From: Dehalococcoidia bacterium
GTDB taxonomy: Bacteria; Chloroflexota; Dehalococcoidia; Lucifugimonadales; JADFKI01
Assembly: GCA_965225795.1 (NCBI GenBank)
Contig: OZ245324.1
Coordinates: forward strand, 568,944-632,943
Length of the DNA stretch: 64,000 nucleotides
Direction of reading: 5' to 3'
Shown: piece by piece, positions 1-8,539 of the stretch
How positions within the stretch are numbered: position 1 is the stretch's first letter
How the letters are laid out: each line of letters opens with the position of its first letter
Position numbers and translations under genes: made by a program
The notes under the pieces: generated by a model
Told to the model about the DNA's origin: nothing
The model's input: only the letters and a program-made list of their open reading frames with translations
The model's database searches: none

Positions 1-1
1 G

Positions 2-1042
2 AAGTTCCGCATAAAGCCTGCAGACCGCATGGCAGCGGCAAGGGAACTCCTGCGCCGAGGCTTCGGAGACTTCGGCTCAAGGCGCAAACTCTCAGACACC
101 AACGACGAAGCAGACGCCTACGACACCCTGCACACCGACCTCGCAAAGCGAATGCGCGAGTACAGCGAGCGCGGCACAGACACCATTCGCTTCCTGCTCG
201 AATTGATGTCTGATCCCGACCCTGACAAAGAGTTCACCGTGCATCACCGTGTGTATGCAGCGCAGGAACTTCTGCGCCGTGGCTGGGACACCAACTACGA
301 CGCAGTCAAGCCTGAGCACCTGCAAGACTACTGGCAAGACAAGGAAAGCACGCGCCTCTCCGTAGGCCAGAAGAAGACCCTAGCCGGTCTCCCCACCTCC
401 ATCGACGACTACGACCAGTACGACGACACAGACTACGAAGCCATCTCCAAAGAGATGAGAGAAGAAGAAGACCACGAAGCCGCCGCTGCCCCAAAGTCCC
501 TTCCCCCTCGACGGGAGAAGAGCCTGCCCCCAGCGAAAGCGGGGGTTAGGATGGGGGTGAATATTCCTGCACATAGCGCGTTGAATGAAGACAACTCCAG
601 CGCCATCCGTCATTCCCGCGCAGGCGGGAATCCAGAGGGGTGGGGCGAGGGCACGAAGAGCGCAGAACCATTCGTTCCGAGCCAACCGAACGAGCCTGCC
701 CCTGCGAAAGCGGAGGCCGAAGCCATCAGAAAGTCCAACAACACAGAAGACAAAAACCTCTACGACTACGGCTCCAACGACCACGACCCGACCGCTGACT
801 ACTACTTCGAACCCCTGAATCCCGATGACCAGGCAATCTTCGACTACCAGGTTCTCATCGAAACCGGGGGATTTTCCAAAGGCGAAGTCCCAAAAGAGCC
901 AACAAATCCGCCACCTTCTGCCTATGCGGAATACTCCGACGCACTCAAGCGAATAAACGAAGCCGCAGCTAGGGAAGGTGTACCCGTCCTACCGAACCCG
1001 CTCGCGGGCACCCTTCGCAAGCCAACCATCCGCAGCCCCTAG
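2..1042 (+). CDS. Hypothetical acidic protein, probably 5'-truncated by the window edge. It has two copies of a ~40-aa helical motif (..DPD..R..AA.ELLRRG(F/W)..).
   Basis: The frame is open from nt 2 (KFRIKPADR precedes the first M). Motif copies are RMAAARELLRRGFG and TIRFLLELMSDPDPDKEFTVHHRVYAAQELLRRGWD. It is paralogous to ORFs 51821-52156 and 52150-52545. The central part reads through repeat DNA. Confidence 0.5.
   Translation, partial: KFRIKPADRMAAARELLRRGFGDFGSRRKLSDTNDEADAYDTLHTDLAKRMREYSERGTDTIRFLLELMSDPDPDKEFTVHHRVYAAQELLRRGWDTNYDAVKPEHLQDYWQDKESTRLSVGQKKTLAGLPTSIDDYDQYDDTDYEAISKEMREEEDHEAAAAPKSLPPRREKSLPPAKAGVRMGVNIPAHSALNEDNSSAIRHSRAGGNPEGWGEGTKSAEPFVPSQPNEPAPAKAEAEAIRKSNNTEDKNLYDYGSNDHDPTADYYFEPLNPDDQAIFDYQVLIETGGFSKGEVPKEPTNPPPSAYAEYSDALKRINEAAAREGVPVLPNPLAGTLRKPTIRSP
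496..714. repeat. Mosaic of GC-rich repeat modules embedded in-frame in the first CDS, bounded by an imperfect 23-nt direct repeat.
   Basis: Nt 496-560 is the reverse complement of the CACCCCCATCCTA..CCTTCCCCC..GGGGGAAGG element seen at 56951, 57879 and 60961. Nt 609-632 is the hairpin module GTCATTCCCGCGCAGGCGGGAATCC. GAGCCTGCCCCCAGCGAAAGCGG (520-543) recurs as GAGCCTGCCCCTGCGAAAGCGG (692-713). Confidence 0.6.
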
Positions 1043-1494
1043 CCCACCTCCCGAAGTTTCTGTAACTCATGCGGTGAGTACCAATTTCGGTTGAGAGCAG
1101 TTTTGATTCGACCGGACACGCCGGTGCAGATCAGGTGCGTCAACAGCCCGGCTCGTTATAGTTGCCGCAGCACATGCTGAGCGTCCTGATCTTGCGCCAG
1201 TTGTTCGTAGCCACGAGGATCAGAACTTTTTGCCACGGCAATCCGCTGCCGGGTATGTTCGTAAATGGCGACCACGGATGGCTTTCGTCATCTGTGCCGT
1301 TGTCATGCTTATGCTGACACATACTTATACAACACCGTGCTCCCGAAAGTATGGATGCTGAAGCAATGGAAGCCTAGCAGTCCCAAGTCTAGCCGATTCC
1401 GGTGGATGCTACCAACCCTTGCCGCTCGTGTTAAGATGTTCTGCAAACAAGGATCAATGGCTCAGACAATTCAGGTTCAGACAAGGAGAGCTTC

Positions 1495-1896
1495 ATGGTA
1501 CTCGCAGACCCATCGGTTAGGCTGACCGCAGTCAACCACCTCACCTACAACGTCATAGACAAGGTGCGCGCGACACGCTTTTGGGTGGACGTTCTCGGCG
1601 TCAAGGAGATTCCCAAGGCAGTTGACGGCGAGCACATCATCTGGCTCCAGCTCCCCAGCGGCACTATGGTGCATCTCATCGAGAACGCCGGCGGCATCTC
1701 CGAGCCGTCCCACCACGGCGCATTTGAAGTAGATGACATCGACGCAGCATACGAGATGCTCAAGGAGAAGGGCGTCAAAATAGAAAGCCCTGAGATTGGG
1801 ATCCGCAACGACGGCCAGCGCGTCTTCTTCATCTCCGACACCGAAGGCAACCGCATCGAAATCTGCACCAAGTCCGGTTTCGGCGTTCTCGTCTAG
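1495..1896 (+). CDS. VOC (glyoxalase/bleomycin-resistance/dioxygenase) family protein.
   Basis: 133 aa. VNHLTYNV..RATRFWVDVLG..HHGAFEVDDIDAAYEMLKEKGV..DTEGNRIEI is the typical VOC fold signature. Confidence 0.8.
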   Translation: MVLADPSVRLTAVNHLTYNVIDKVRATRFWVDVLGVKEIPKAVDGEHIIWLQLPSGTMVHLIENAGGISEPSHHGAFEVDDIDAAYEMLKEKGVKIESPEIGIRNDGQRVFFISDTEGNRIEICTKSGFGVLV

Positions 1897-1946
1897 CTAA
1901 ATCCAGTCCCCACACTATTGAGGTGCGAGGGCTGATGTAAGGCGAC

Positions 1947-1982
1947 GAAAAAGCCCTCCCCCATCGAGGGGGAGGGCTTTTA
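1947..1982. terminator. Bidirectional rho-independent terminator between convergent genes.
   Basis: AAAAA-GCCCTCCCCC-ATCGA-GGGGGAGGGC-TTTT forms a perfect 10-bp GC stem flanked by an A-run and a T-run. Confidence 0.8.
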
Positions 1983-1994
1983 TGGAGTGTTGGA

Positions 1995-3044
1995 TTAAGC
2001 GAAAGTCAAAATCTTCGCCGGATTGCCCACCGTAATCGCCTCGACTACATCATCCGAGAATCCTCGCCGCCGCATCCGGGGAACGATATTCGCCAGGATG
2101 TGCCCATACCCGTGCCCCCCATAGCGCACAAGCCGGTGGTTCGTGCAGATATCCTGCGCGACGACCACTTTGTTCGCATAGCCCGCGTCTGTCACGCCCT
2201 TGATGAGATCAAGCCGTTGCGCGTCGCTCGGCATATCTAGGTCCGCCAGCGGATAGTACGACCCCTCGTTCCCGAACAGGTCCCATTCAAGGTAGCAACC
2301 TGAAGATGCGATAGTCAGCAGGCTGTCCAAGTCGAATACCGTCCTGTCCAGATGCCCCATAATCACCCGTGATATGTCCGCTCCGCCGTCTGCCAGCACC
2401 TCCAGAATCTCCGCGGGCGCATCAGGATGCCGCCCCGGATGTATGAGCACCCCGGCGCCTGTCTCCTGCTGCGCCGCCGCCGCCGCCCTAAGGGACATGC
2501 GCTCGTTATCGGTAAGCGGCCAGGTGCAACCCACCTCGCCGATGATGCCGGCCTTGATGCCGGTGCCGTCCACACCATTCCTGATGTCATCGACAATTCG
2601 CTGCGCAACCACATCCACGTTTCGCAAGTGCATGTCGTGAGGATGCACTGCGTCCACATAGAACCCCGCGCCCATCACCACATGCACGCCCGTTTCCATC
2701 GAGATCCGCTCCAACGCCTTTGCGTTGCGCCCAATGCCGATCGTTGTGGCATCAACGATCGCGCCTCCGCCCGCAGCCTTGTACAGTGCCACCTCCGCCA
2801 CGGCCGCATCCAGATCCATCAGTTGCAGGTTTGCGTGGTTACTGTAGTAGTTGTACCGTACCCATCCCACATTCTCCAGCGTTATGGGGTCATCCGCCAG
2901 GTCTAGCGCCGAATCCTGCGGCGGCCTGTACATGAACGAGAAGTCGATATACAGGTGCTCATGCGTCATTGTGGGCCCCAGCTCCGATGGCTGCACAAGT
3001 CCCAACACCGTTTGAACCATACCTGTCATTTCAGTGGAAGGCAT
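1995..3044 (-). CDS. Phosphotriesterase-related (PHP/aryldialkylphosphatase family) metal-dependent hydrolase.
   Basis: 349 aa. GPTMTHEHLYIDFS (HxH), GVHVVMGAGFY, IIGEVGC, LIHPGRH and VIMGHLD match the amidohydrolase/PTE metal ligand pattern. Confidence 0.85.
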   Translation of the reverse strand: MPSTEMTGMVQTVLGLVQPSELGPTMTHEHLYIDFSFMYRPPQDSALDLADDPITLENVGWVRYNYYSNHANLQLMDLDAAVAEVALYKAAGGGAIVDATTIGIGRNAKALERISMETGVHVVMGAGFYVDAVHPHDMHLRNVDVVAQRIVDDIRNGVDGTGIKAGIIGEVGCTWPLTDNERMSLRAAAAAQQETGAGVLIHPGRHPDAPAEILEVLADGGADISRVIMGHLDRTVFDLDSLLTIASSGCYLEWDLFGNEGSYYPLADLDMPSDAQRLDLIKGVTDAGYANKVVVAQDICTNHRLVRYGGHGYGHILANIVPRMRRRGFSDDVVEAITVGNPAKILTFA

Positions 3045-3095
3045 TGCGTTCCTCCTTTCGAATCGTCGTCAGAAAGAGTAACACGCGTCGCCTAG

Positions 3096-4409
3096 CTACT
3101 CAATCCGCTTGAACGCAGGATACGCGAAGGCAAACGCCAGTGTCAGCAGAGACAACAGTATCCCGCTTATCGTGAGTGAGTTCGCGGTGCCGATGTACTC
3201 TGCTATCGTGCCGAATGGCAGCGCTCCGATCGGCATCAGCCCGAAGGTCATCATCATGATGCTCATCACGCGCCCGCGCATCTCCGGCGTAGCCGAGAGT
3301 TGGGTCAGAGTCATGTTAAGTGACATATATATTGAGCTGACCAATCCGATAATGATCAAAAACGGCACTGCAACCGGAAATATCATCGAGTTTGCGAGTC
3401 CGACTAACGTTATGCCCCAGAACACCCCCAGACCCAGCAGTAAAATACCCCTCCTGTCGAACTTTCGCACAGCAGCAAGCCCAAGTGTTCCGATCAGCGC
3501 GCCCACTCCCATCATCGTCATCAGTATGCCGAGGTCTGACGAGTTTACATTCAGTGCCTCGCGAGCCCAGACCGGCAGCAGCGCGAACAGCGTGAATCCG
3601 AAAAGTGACGGTAGGAAAGCCATCAGGATCAGGCCGCGGAGATGTACGTCACTCCAGACATACCGCAGCCCTTCGAATATGTCCTTGCCGACGCTCTTTT
3701 TCGAGCTCCTTTCCTGGACCGAGTTCGTCTTTACCATCAGCAGCGACAACGCCGACAGCACATATATCGCTGAAATGAGATAGAACACACCAGAGGTGTC
3801 AATGAAGACTATCAGGAAGCCCGCAATTGCCGGCCCAATGATGCGTGTCAGATTCATCGCCGAATTGTTCAGCGCAACGGCGTTCATCAGCTTGGACTCT
3901 GGAACTATGTCCGAAATAATTGCCTGACGGCTCGGCATGTTGATCGCCATCATCGAACCGTTGATGACGCCGATAATCATAACCGCTCCGAACCATATCT
4001 CACCACTGGCATCCAGCATTGCAAGACCGAATGTCATGACCGCGTTCCCACTCTGACTCACAATTATCAGATTCTTCTTTGGAAATCGATCGGCTAGTGC
4101 TCCGCCTACAAGCGACACTACCGTCATTGGCGCCGCGAAGGACACCATGACCAGCACCAGTGCGAGTGGCGAGTCGTTCTCCAGCCGCAGCACGAGCCAG
4201 CCCCGCGTGATCATCTGCATATTCATCGCCATGAAGGAGATGAACGATCCAATCCATATCCAGCGAAAGTCGCGTATATGTAGCGTTTCAAATATCGGCG
4301 ATGCGAGGATGGAGTCAGTGCGCCGCCGCCTTACGGCAACCGGCACCTCGGCAGTTGTGGATGAAGATTGTGCCGTTGCTGGTGGAGCCCTTAACGCTTC
4401 CTGAGCCAA
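3096..4409 (-). CDS. MFS transporter.
   Basis: 437 aa with about 12 hydrophobic segments. RDFRWIWIGSFISF and GGALADRFPKK are typical MFS_3/EntS-like motifs. Confidence 0.8.
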   Translation of the reverse strand: MAQEALRAPPATAQSSSTTAEVPVAVRRRRTDSILASPIFETLHIRDFRWIWIGSFISFMAMNMQMITRGWLVLRLENDSPLALVLVMVSFAAPMTVVSLVGGALADRFPKKNLIIVSQSGNAVMTFGLAMLDASGEIWFGAVMIIGVINGSMMAINMPSRQAIISDIVPESKLMNAVALNNSAMNLTRIIGPAIAGFLIVFIDTSGVFYLISAIYVLSALSLLMVKTNSVQERSSKKSVGKDIFEGLRYVWSDVHLRGLILMAFLPSLFGFTLFALLPVWAREALNVNSSDLGILMTMMGVGALIGTLGLAAVRKFDRRGILLLGLGVFWGITLVGLANSMIFPVAVPFLIIIGLVSSIYMSLNMTLTQLSATPEMRGRVMSIMMMTFGLMPIGALPFGTIAEYIGTANSLTISGILLSLLTLAFAFAYPAFKRIE

Positions 4410-4482
4410 GTTCTTCTATCCTTCTGCGCGCATGTATTGACACATGATCGTGGCGATGTACGAGGGGTCTGTGATGCGGTCC

Positions 4483-4510
4483 TTGACAACAAGGGGGTTC
4501 GCGCTATACT
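4483..4510 (+). promoter_or_regulatory. Candidate sigma70-type promoter (TTGACA-N16-TATACT).
   Basis: Near-consensus -35 and -10 hexamers lie about 245 nt upstream of the kinase ATG at 4755. Confidence 0.4.
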
Positions 4511-4754
4511 AGAACAAATGATTATACAATTTACAGCGCAGACAATTAGAGAAATCTGTTCGCAGTCTTCGTCCAGAGTTGCCGTTACCGTAGCACGGCA
4601 GCCCACTCACTCTAATATATGCAATATAATTCAGGTATTCTAGTGCAGTATAGAGACCTACTTCGCTCACTTACAAGCAATATTGCATGATTATTAATAT
4701 CATATGAGGTAATGGCAAGGCTTGCGAACTCCAATACTACCTTTGGATGTTAGG

Positions 4755-5738
4755 ATGAAAAAGTTTTTAACCTTTGGCGAAACAATGGGACAATACAACG
4801 CCAACTTTACTGGCGTCTATGGCGCTGAAGGCTCGTATATGCTGGATTGCGCTGGCGCTGAGTCAAATGTAGCCGTTGGCTTGCGAAAACTCTGCGGTTC
4901 GGCCATCGAAGCCGTATGGATCAGCAGGCTGGGTGACGACGAAGCAGGTCAGTTCGTACTCGACGAACTGGAGGGTCGCATATCTGTGAAGGCAAACAAA
5001 TTCGCAGGGGAAAACACAGGCATTTCATACCTCAACCATCACGCGGACGGCGCCCACTACAAGACCTACTTTCGGAGAGACAGTGCCGCCAGCCGCCTCT
5101 CATTCACCGATCTCTGTCCACATTTTCAGGAAGCCGATGTACTACACGTCACTGGTATCACGCCTGCACTCAGCAGCGCCTGCCATGACACGGTAATGGA
5201 GTCTCTCGATTATGCGAGGAAGAGCGGCATACCAATTAGCTTCGATCTTAATTACCGTGAACAACTCTGGTCGCCTTCGGACGCAGCCAAAGTTTTTGAG
5301 CGGATGGCGGCATACGCCAATTTCTTTAAAATTGGTCACGACGAGGCAGAAACTATTTGGGGATGGGGATGGAGTGCGGAAGACTATGCCAGTCACTTCC
5401 AGCAAACTAACGGCGGCATAGTCGTTGTAACCCGAGGAATGGAAGGCGCAGTGGCGTTTGACGGTGTCAATCTTTTGGCGCACGACGGCTACAAAGTAGA
5501 TATTGTTGATCCCGTGGGCGCGGGCGACGCATTTGTTGCCGGATTTCTCGGTACAATTCTTGAAAACACCGATCTGAGGACGTTCATCGCCATGGAACCC
5601 GAAGGGCGCATACCCCTACTCACTCACGCCCTCAGAGTCGCGAATGTATGCGGCGCACTAACCTGCACGCGCAATGGCGACACTGCCGCGATGCCCTCAA
5701 TGGCTGAGGTGAACCGCTTCTTATCCAAATACGCCTGA
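4755..5738 (+). CDS. PfkB-family sugar kinase (2-dehydro-3-deoxygluconokinase-like).
   Basis: It carries the C-terminal DPVGAGDAFVAGFL PfkB signature and an N-terminal FGETMG motif. The start was moved from the track TTG (4722) to ATG 4755 (MKKFLTFGE). Confidence 0.8.
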   Translation: MKKFLTFGETMGQYNANFTGVYGAEGSYMLDCAGAESNVAVGLRKLCGSAIEAVWISRLGDDEAGQFVLDELEGRISVKANKFAGENTGISYLNHHADGAHYKTYFRRDSAASRLSFTDLCPHFQEADVLHVTGITPALSSACHDTVMESLDYARKSGIPISFDLNYREQLWSPSDAAKVFERMAAYANFFKIGHDEAETIWGWGWSAEDYASHFQQTNGGIVVVTRGMEGAVAFDGVNLLAHDGYKVDIVDPVGAGDAFVAGFLGTILENTDLRTFIAMEPEGRIPLLTHALRVANVCGALTCTRNGDTAAMPSMAEVNRFLSKYA

Positions 5739-5811
5739 TTCAGGTTCCAGCTCAGACTCGCAGCGAGTCGGACCACAGCCTTGAAGATTTGCTAGTTGAT
5801 TGTAATACCCG

Positions 5812-6348
5812 TTAGCTAACCAATTGACTTAGCGTTTGCGGCAGAGCCTCTTCCGCACGTGCCATCACCTCTTCTTCGTTCAGGCTGCCCATCGGATGAC
5901 CTATGACTGCGTACTCGTATCCTGGCATAGCCAGCAAGTTAGTCATTGCTCGCGCTTGAGTATTGAATGGCTTTGTGACTAGGACTGAACAAGGAATGCC
6001 GAGCCTCTCCAGAGCGGCTGCGTCCTGCATACAGCAGGATGTGCAACTCCCTCACTCTGCTGTCGCAGCAATAACAACATCGCACTGCTCGGCCATCTCT
6101 GCAATCATCTCAGCAGGCGCTGGAATGCGGTGCGATCTCTTATTTGCCTCCACAACATTCTTGACTGCATACTGCTTCTTAACTAGGTTCGCAACGTCGC
6201 GCAGCAGCAATTCAGAATTCGGCTTGTTATTAGACAGCAGTCCGACTACCAGTCCGTCAAGGGTGCGCGGGCGCTGTGCTATGCCGGTGTTCTCGTGCAT
6301 GCTCCCGCCGCGCGGATCAAGTGTAATCAGTTCGTTCTCTTGAGTCAT
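5812..6348 (-). CDS. UGSC-type selenoprotein (U-G-S-C-T-S-C, a UxxCxxC motif) with in-frame TGA at 6052-6054.
   Basis: Track ORFs 6052-6357 and 5812-6030 are in one frame, separated only by TGA: ..VVIAATAE-U-GSCTSCCMQDAAALERLGIP.. The GAGGTG RBS lies 6 nt before ATG 6348. A hairpin follows the TGA. Confidence 0.75.
6023..6039 (-). promoter_or_regulatory. Candidate bacterial SECIS hairpin for the UGSC gene.
   Basis: The mRNA UCCUGC-UGUAU-GCAGGA starts 13 nt after the UGA, and its loop contains GU. Confidence 0.4.
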
Positions 6349-6388
6349 AGCATTCACCTCTAAGTCTGAATCTGCTTCTTGAAATCCG

Positions 6389-7408
6389 CTATGTGCGGAT
6401 TTCCTTGGTAATTGAAATCACATCTCCCCACGCACCGATCAGCATTGCAAAGGGTCCCGCATCGCCCCCCGCTCCCACAACCGTTATCTCTTCCGTACTT
6501 GCTACCACGGGAATCCGCCTATCCAAGTCGTGCCCGGTGTACAGAGTGATGCGTCGGTGCATTTCGTTCAGTTCACGCCCCGTTCTTGTACCCCGTTCCA
6601 GCATGAATTCCTTGATTCGCTGTTTCGTCCACCCCGCAGTGCGTATGTAATTCATCAGCTCGGGGCTAAGTGCAAGCACAAATTCGGAGTGACGTTCTCC
6701 CAGTACGATTGATGCGTCAGCCGCAATGCTTAGAAAGTCTTCCGGCGCGCTCTCATTCTGAGTGTTCACTTGCACAGGCGAGTTCGCTGCGAACACTGTA
6801 ACAGTGCTATCGGACTCTTTGAACCCCTTCTCTACTCGCAAAGGCTCCCAAGGTATGACGTCGTCGTTCTCCGCGAAGCAGAACGAATACTTGCCCGGAT
6901 GCCCGAAGGTGCTCTTATCCATCCCGTGCGGCACAGAACCGTACACATTTATCTTGATAAGCCCCATCGCGCGCCCGATGGTTGCGTTCGCGCGGAAACC
7001 ATGCCCCATTGCCACCGTGCTTGAGTTGATGCCAATCTGCTTGGCAATGTCGCCGCTGACAATAACCAGTACGCTCACTCCGTTGGTCGATGTGCTGTTG
7101 GCATGAAAATTGAACGCACGCTCCGACACCGCCTGCACTGCCGCCACGATTACCGGCATGTATTCCGGCTTGCACCCTGCCAAAACCGCGTTGATTGCGA
7201 CTTTCTCAGCGGTGAACTCAACGCCGCGCACGCACTCTTCCGCAATGATGTCTGAAGGCGCAAGCCCGGCGTAGTCGAGCATCGCCTGCACCATGGATTC
7301 CGTCGGTGGCACGACAGGCAACCCGTCGCCCATCCCATCAGACATGTAATAGTCTTGAGCGTCTTCATAGCTCGAGTGACGGACCCTTGATGAAGTAAGG
7401 CCGTTCAT
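6389..7408 (-). CDS. Conserved hypothetical protein (GDGLPVVPPT motif), co-oriented partner of the UGSC selenoprotein.
   Basis: 339-aa ORF lying 31 nt upstream of the UGSC gene and 21 nt downstream of the esterase gene. I recognise no family. Confidence 0.6.
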   Translation of the reverse strand: MNGLTSSRVRHSSYEDAQDYYMSDGMGDGLPVVPPTESMVQAMLDYAGLAPSDIIAEECVRGVEFTAEKVAINAVLAGCKPEYMPVIVAAVQAVSERAFNFHANSTSTNGVSVLVIVSGDIAKQIGINSSTVAMGHGFRANATIGRAMGLIKINVYGSVPHGMDKSTFGHPGKYSFCFAENDDVIPWEPLRVEKGFKESDSTVTVFAANSPVQVNTQNESAPEDFLSIAADASIVLGERHSEFVLALSPELMNYIRTAGWTKQRIKEFMLERGTRTGRELNEMHRRITLYTGHDLDRRIPVVASTEEITVVGAGGDAGPFAMLIGAWGDVISITKEIRT

Positions 7409-7429
7409 TTGAATTCCAATCCTCTTCTC

Positions 7430-8344
7430 TTATGCTAGGCTAACTGCAACGCCGATTTGTTCCTTTATGAAGTCGCCCATGCGATCTACTGCCTGCTGAC
7501 CTTCCGGCAGAAATGGCGCGAACCACGGCCAGACATGTACCATGTCGTCCCAGACCTCCAGCGTGCTGTCCACCCCTGCGGCTTCCGCCTTTTCGTGTAG
7601 TCTCACGGCGTCGTCCATCAATACTTCAGCTGTGCCTACGATGATGAGCAGAGGCGGCAACCCTGCTAGGTCTGCATAGAGCGGTGCAGCCAGCGGATCT
7701 CGAGTATCCTCCCCGCCGAGGAATTTTTCCGCCATTTCCAGCAGCCCTTGCTGTGAAACCATTGGGTCTATGCCGGCCTTGGAAGTCATGGAATCGCCGA
7801 TGCCCTCCATATCGACCCACGGCGATACGCAGACACCTGCTGCAGGAATCGGGTCGCCCGCGTCTCGCGCCGAAAGGAGAGTTGCGACCGCAAGTCCGCC
7901 GCCCGCTGAATCTCCTGCAACCACTATTGATGAGGAATCAATGTCATTGTTCAGCAGCCAGCGGTAAGTCGCATGCGCGTCCTCAACTTGGGCAGGATGC
8001 TTGTGTTCGGGCGCAAGTCTGTAATCTACAGTGAGCACGCGGCAACCACTCGCCCGAGACAGGTTCGCAGCCATGCCTCTGTGGCTTTTCACGGAGCCTG
8101 TTACATATCCGCCCCCGTGCAGGTAAAGGATTGCGCCGTTGCCCGCACCTTCCGCTAATACCCACTCTGCTGGCACGCCGTCCGCATTGACTGCTTCTGT
8201 GGTGACTCCATCAAGATTCTGAAACCTTGCACCCATCAGCTCGCTTCCAGCGCGCCTCTCTTCTAATGTCGGCGTTCTTTCAGCGTTCGCGATCGCACGT
8301 TCCGCGAACATTTCCAGTAGGTCCTGCAACTCTGCGCTTGCCAT
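7430..8344 (-). CDS. Alpha/beta hydrolase, hormone-sensitive-lipase-type carboxylesterase.
   Basis: HGGGY oxyanion motif and GDSAGG nucleophile elbow; 304 aa. Confidence 0.85.
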   Translation of the reverse strand: MASAELQDLLEMFAERAIANAERTPTLEERRAGSELMGARFQNLDGVTTEAVNADGVPAEWVLAEGAGNGAILYLHGGGYVTGSVKSHRGMAANLSRASGCRVLTVDYRLAPEHKHPAQVEDAHATYRWLLNNDIDSSSIVVAGDSAGGGLAVATLLSARDAGDPIPAAGVCVSPWVDMEGIGDSMTSKAGIDPMVSQQGLLEMAEKFLGGEDTRDPLAAPLYADLAGLPPLLIIVGTAEVLMDDAVRLHEKAEAAGVDSTLEVWDDMVHVWPWFAPFLPEGQQAVDRMGDFIKEQIGVAVSLA

Positions 8345-8539
8345 CTGATGCTCCTTTTCCGTCCAAGGTGGGTCTCACATTTGTGTGTGGAGGTATCGGC
8401 GATTTTCACGATTATATCGCCACAGACGCCAAGTGCCAAGTTGCTCCGCGGAATCCTATACCACTTGTGGGAATATGATATGATTGGCACGCTTCCCGCA
8501 GTTCAGATTCGCCTCTACGCCAAAACGGGGGACAGCAGA

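Noticed and set aside
1140-1322. A 60-aa minus-strand ORF ending in TGA in the 450-bp gap after the first gene; a possible gene remnant or Sec candidate.
   Set aside because: A second TGA follows two codons later. There is no recognisable motif, RBS or hairpin. It is left unannotated. The gap 1043-1494 remains unexplained.
8348-8539. Long N-terminal extension of the alpha/beta hydrolase ORF, starting 3 nt from the divergent esterase gene.
   Set aside because: It would leave no room for divergent promoters. The extension has no hydrolase or signal-peptide features. An internal ATG at 8540 has a G-rich RBS.
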